DNA of 10,665 nucleotides, taken from contig NW_021827376.1 in NCBI RefSeq assembly GCF_006345805.1, positions 1 to 10,665 of the forward strand, read 5' to 3'. The notes beneath the pieces were generated by a model. The model was not told the DNA's origin and searched no databases. It saw only the letters and a program-made list of their open reading frames with translations. The position numbers were made by a program, and so were the translations under genes. Source of the DNA: Octopus sinensis. Lineage: Eukaryota. This document shows positions 7,576 through 10,665 of this stretch, in pieces. Every line of letters begins with the position of its first letter. Within the stretch, counting starts at the first letter, position 1.

Positions 7576-7842
7576 ACCTCGTATTTATACACGTCACTGC
7601 TTAGTGCTGCCAACCCGTAATTTCTTTGCGTTGAGCCGTCGATTGTCGCTACCAGTCATTGTACGATGATGGTAATATCATAATATCATAAGAGAGACAC
7701 TCTCTTTTAGCAGCTTTCGGCGATCCCTATCCAGTTTCTGTAACTGAAGAGCAGATAACCACTTCGAAATGCTTGCATCTTTAAGTCTGAGTCGCTGACG
7801 CTGCGAGCTGATTTTAGATGTATTTACACCATTTGTCTACTG

Positions 7843-8163
7843 TAGGGTCTTTCAAACCCCTTTTTTTTTTATCTATGGATCCCTTTGATTACTATTTTAT
7901 TCTTGTGGAAACCCGCTGCTTTTAGTTTTATAGAAACCCCTTTCAAACTTCCTATTTTGTATTTCACACATTAACTTGTGTAGGTTGGACTATGTAAAGC
8001 GCTAGATAATAAAACCTAGACCTTTCTTGCAATACACACCAATACATAAATCTAAAGCAAAACCTTTTCAGGGGCCCTTAGAATACTATTGTGGGTTACT
8101 ATGTAACTATTTTGTTGCTTGGACCCCCAAGAATTTTATATGGAGTCCGGTTGTGAACTACTG
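7843..8163. mobile_element. Old hAT-superfamily (Charlie-like) MITE, 321 bp
   Basis: 8-bp TSD GTCTACTG (7835-7842) and GTCTACAG (8164-8171), close to the Charlie NTCTAGAN target. The degenerate TIRs TAGGGTCTTTCAAACC and GGTTGTGAACTACTG are of the CAGTGGTTCTCAACC type. GGACCCC-like motifs recur internally. Confidence 0.75.
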
Positions 8164-8439
8164 GTCTACAGCGAGAAATTTTCTTCATGACAAAACACAG
8201 TGAATGGCTTTCTTACGAATTCGAATATGCTCCAAGCATGTTTGAACCGGTAATAACCTTGTGTTTATACACAGCACTAATACAAAAACAATTCTTTCTT
8301 TTAGCGAGTTTTAAGTAGAAAGCAATGTAGTCGCCTGTTTTTGCGTCTTCGAGAGACATAGTCCAACAAAATGGCATCCGTTAAAGCGTATTCGCTCGTT
8401 AAAATGATCAAAAAAAAAAATTGACTTGTATCGTTGAAA

Positions 8440-8518
8440 GAATTTGAACTCAGAAACTAAAGAACTAAATGTTGTATGGCGCTTTGCCTGTCGCTGTACC
8501 GATTCTGCCAACTCGTGC
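8440..8518 (-). mobile_element. Diverged SINE family 3-related head fragment
   Basis: The minus strand reads CGAGTTGGCAGAATCGGTA ... TTCTGAGTTCAAATTC, matching the A- and B-box regions at 4774-4850. Confidence 0.7.
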
Positions 8519-8535
8519 AACAATAACAACGCTAA

Positions 8536-8750
8536 ATGACGACGACGTTGATGTTGGTGATGATGATGAAGATGATGATGATGGTGAGGAGGAGGAGGAG
8601 GAGGAGGAGGATGGCGACCATATTGATGACGATGGTGGCGATGATGATTATGATTTTAATGGCAAACATATTGATGATGACGATGATAGTGATGATGATC
8701 ACGATGCTAACGACGACAATGATGATGATGATGATGATGATGATGATGGT
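8536..8750. repeat. Degenerate (GAT)n/(GAG)n/(GAC)n trinucleotide tract
   Basis: Directly visible. Confidence 0.92.
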
Positions 8751-8846
8751 ATTAGTTAATTTAAACTTGTTATCCGATGCCTACAAATCAAATGAAACAG
8801 AACGAAGCCTTTTAAGAAATAAATCTCTGATAGGTACGTTTGTATG

Positions 8847-8930
8847 AAAAAAGAAAAAAAAAACAAAACAAAACGAAAAAAGCAAAAACAAAACACAATA
8901 ACAACAACAACAACAACAACAACAACAAAC
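8847..8930. repeat. A-rich tract and (CAA)n microsatellite
   Basis: Directly visible. Confidence 0.9.
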
Positions 8931-9545
8931 AGTTCTTAGTCTATTACTGCTGAGATACGGAATTTTTGGTGTGCTAGATAAACGAAGAAGACTTTTGAAT
9001 AAGATTTAAAATCCTCCTGACGTCAATACTTTATCAAATCCGCTTAGAGTATTTTTCTTCTCTCAGAAATCGTAAAAGTATTTTGCACACATCATCAGGT
9101 AAAGTTGAATGAATACTATAATGCTAAAAATACGGTTTAAAAAATACTTGGAGTAAGTCACAGGTTTCATTAGATCTGTCTGTAGAATTCCTACTACGAT
9201 ATTACACCTACATGAGAATTCTATAGATTGTGTGACTCGTTAATCTCACACTCCGGGCTGAATCCATCTAGATGGCTCGATTCTTGGTGCCGCCATTTCG
9301 CTTCAGTTTAACCACATACAGAAGAGTTCGTAGAACGATTGGATAAGTTCAAATTCTGTGATAGTTGAAGGATTTAACTTTATGAAGCCCTTGCCTGGTC
9401 TCATAGTAAAAACTGTCGTCTCTGGCTGCAAGCTAGCGATGCAACCAGAGAGATCTTTTCTTTTTTTGCGTGCCCAGGTTTTCTGCATTGAGGTCATATT
9501 TGTCTTTACTTCTGTCAGGATTCATTAAAATAATTAAAAAAACTA

Positions 9546-9621
9546 GGGCGGTGAATCGACAGAATCATTAGAGCATCAGTCGAAGATGTTCAGCGCTAGT
9601 TATTCTGACTCTTAGTGTTCT
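9546..9621 (+). mobile_element. Diverged SINE family 3-related head fragment
   Basis: GGGCGGTGAATCGACAGAATCATTAG resembles GGGCGGTGAGCTGGCAGAATCGTTAG at 4767. Confidence 0.55.
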
Positions 9622-9790
9622 TCGTTTTCCAGCCATAGAATTTATTCCTGGACCGGCTTTTCTCCATCATCTATCTACTCCTTGGGTGCCGTCAGCAGAA
9701 TCCACACTTTTGCAAGCAATTAGGCAAGCTCTTTATCTTAAGAATAACTTTCTCCCTTCCTACCATCAATAACGCAGGTTCTAAACAAAT

Positions 9791-10091
9791 TCTCTTTTGC
9801 CGAACCGCTAAGTTACGGGGACGTAAACACACCAGTATCGGTTGTCAAGCGATGTTGGGGGGGGGGGCAAACACAGACACACAAACATATATACGCACAC
9901 ACATACATATATATATATATATATAAATATATACACATATACGACGGGCTTCTTTCAGTTTCCGTCTACCAAATCCACTCACAAGGCTTTGGTCGGCCCG
10001 AGGCTATAGTAGAAGACACTTGTCCAAGGTGCCACGCAGTGGGAATGAACTCAGAACCATGTGGTTCGAAGCAAGCTACTTACCACACAGC
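9791..10091 (-). mobile_element. SINE family 2 copy, truncated at both ends, with an internal (TA)/(CA) microsatellite
   Basis: Reverse-complement match to 4250-4375 and about 4525-4631, for example CCACTCACAAGGCTTTGGTCGGC and TCTCTTTTGCCGAACCGCTAAGTTACGGGGAC. Confidence 0.9.
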
Positions 10092-10310
10092 TACCAGACA
10101 CGTTAGCGCGCCGGGCGAAATGCTTAGCGGTATTTCGTCTGTCCGTTACGTTCTGAGTTCAAATTCCGCCGAGGTCGACTTTGCCTTTCATCCTTTCGGG
10201 ATCGATAAATAAAGTACCAGTTTCACACTGGGGTCGTGGTAATCGACTTAATCCCTTTGTATGTTCTTGTTTGTCCCCTCTATGTTTAGCCCTTGTGGTC
10301 AATAAAGATA
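10089..10310 (+). mobile_element. SINE family 3 copy with its 5' end clipped
   Basis: CGTTAGC..GCCGGGCGAAATGC, GTTACGTTCTGAGTTCAAATT, GGTCGACTTTGCCTTTCATCCTTTCGGG, AAGTACCAGT and TAATCGACTTAATCCCTTTGT, colinear with 4775-4997. Confidence 0.9.
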
Positions 10311-10347
10311 TATATATATATATAATATATATATATATATAATATAT

Positions 10348-10431
<84 letters not shown>

Positions 10432-10464
10432 TATATATATATATATATTATATTATATATATAT

Positions 10465-10515
<51 letters not shown>
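10308..10515. repeat. (TA)n followed by (GATA)n microsatellite
   Basis: Directly visible. Confidence 0.97.
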
Positions 10516-10665
10516 TACATACATGTGAGTACATGTAAACATGTTTGCGTTTGTCTTCGTTTGTATTTGTTATTGAATGGGTGTGTATAGATGTATAGAG
10601 AGCGGCAAAACACCCGGGCATATAACAAAGCGCCACCCTACATCTCTTGGGCGTAACTTGTACTT

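Noticed and set aside
7673-7688. 8-bp tandem duplication TAATATCA as a hAT excision footprint
   Set aside because: It cannot be distinguished from replication slippage in AT-rich DNA.
8469-8847. Asp/Glu-rich ORF 8469-8759 (looks like an acidic biomineralisation or chaperone protein) and the overlapping poly-Met ORF
   Set aside because: This is a degenerate (GAT)n microsatellite whose ATG lies inside an antisense SINE fragment. There is no signal peptide or splice evidence.
9303-9497. 64-aa minus-strand ORF, and similar short ORFs at 609-890, 4338-4580, 6794-7397 and 8311-8529
   Set aside because: They have no recognisable domain, and most overlap SINEs or other repeats.

Overview
AT-rich, microsatellite-dense eukaryotic non-coding DNA. 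The SINE families and repeat landscape suggest a coleoid cephalopod, most likely Octopus (inference from recognition, not a search). No intact host protein-coding gene is supported, and most supplied ORFs are translated simple repeats. The window holds a degenerate tRNA-Phe(GAA) gene and about nine copies or fragments of three tRNA-derived SINE families. It also holds an L1/Tx1-like LINE fragment, a frameshifted Penelope-like GIY-YIG remnant, an RTE-like LINE 3' end with two C2H2 fingers, a complete 398-bp non-autonomous Helitron and an old hAT MITE with an 8-bp TSD. The most unusual structure is at 3916-5472: two nested, locally templated insertions whose order can be read from the sequence, plus two micro-inversions in the same SINE copy, and one insertion differs from its donor mainly by A-to-G changes. 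I found no convincing evidence of a new multi-gene system.
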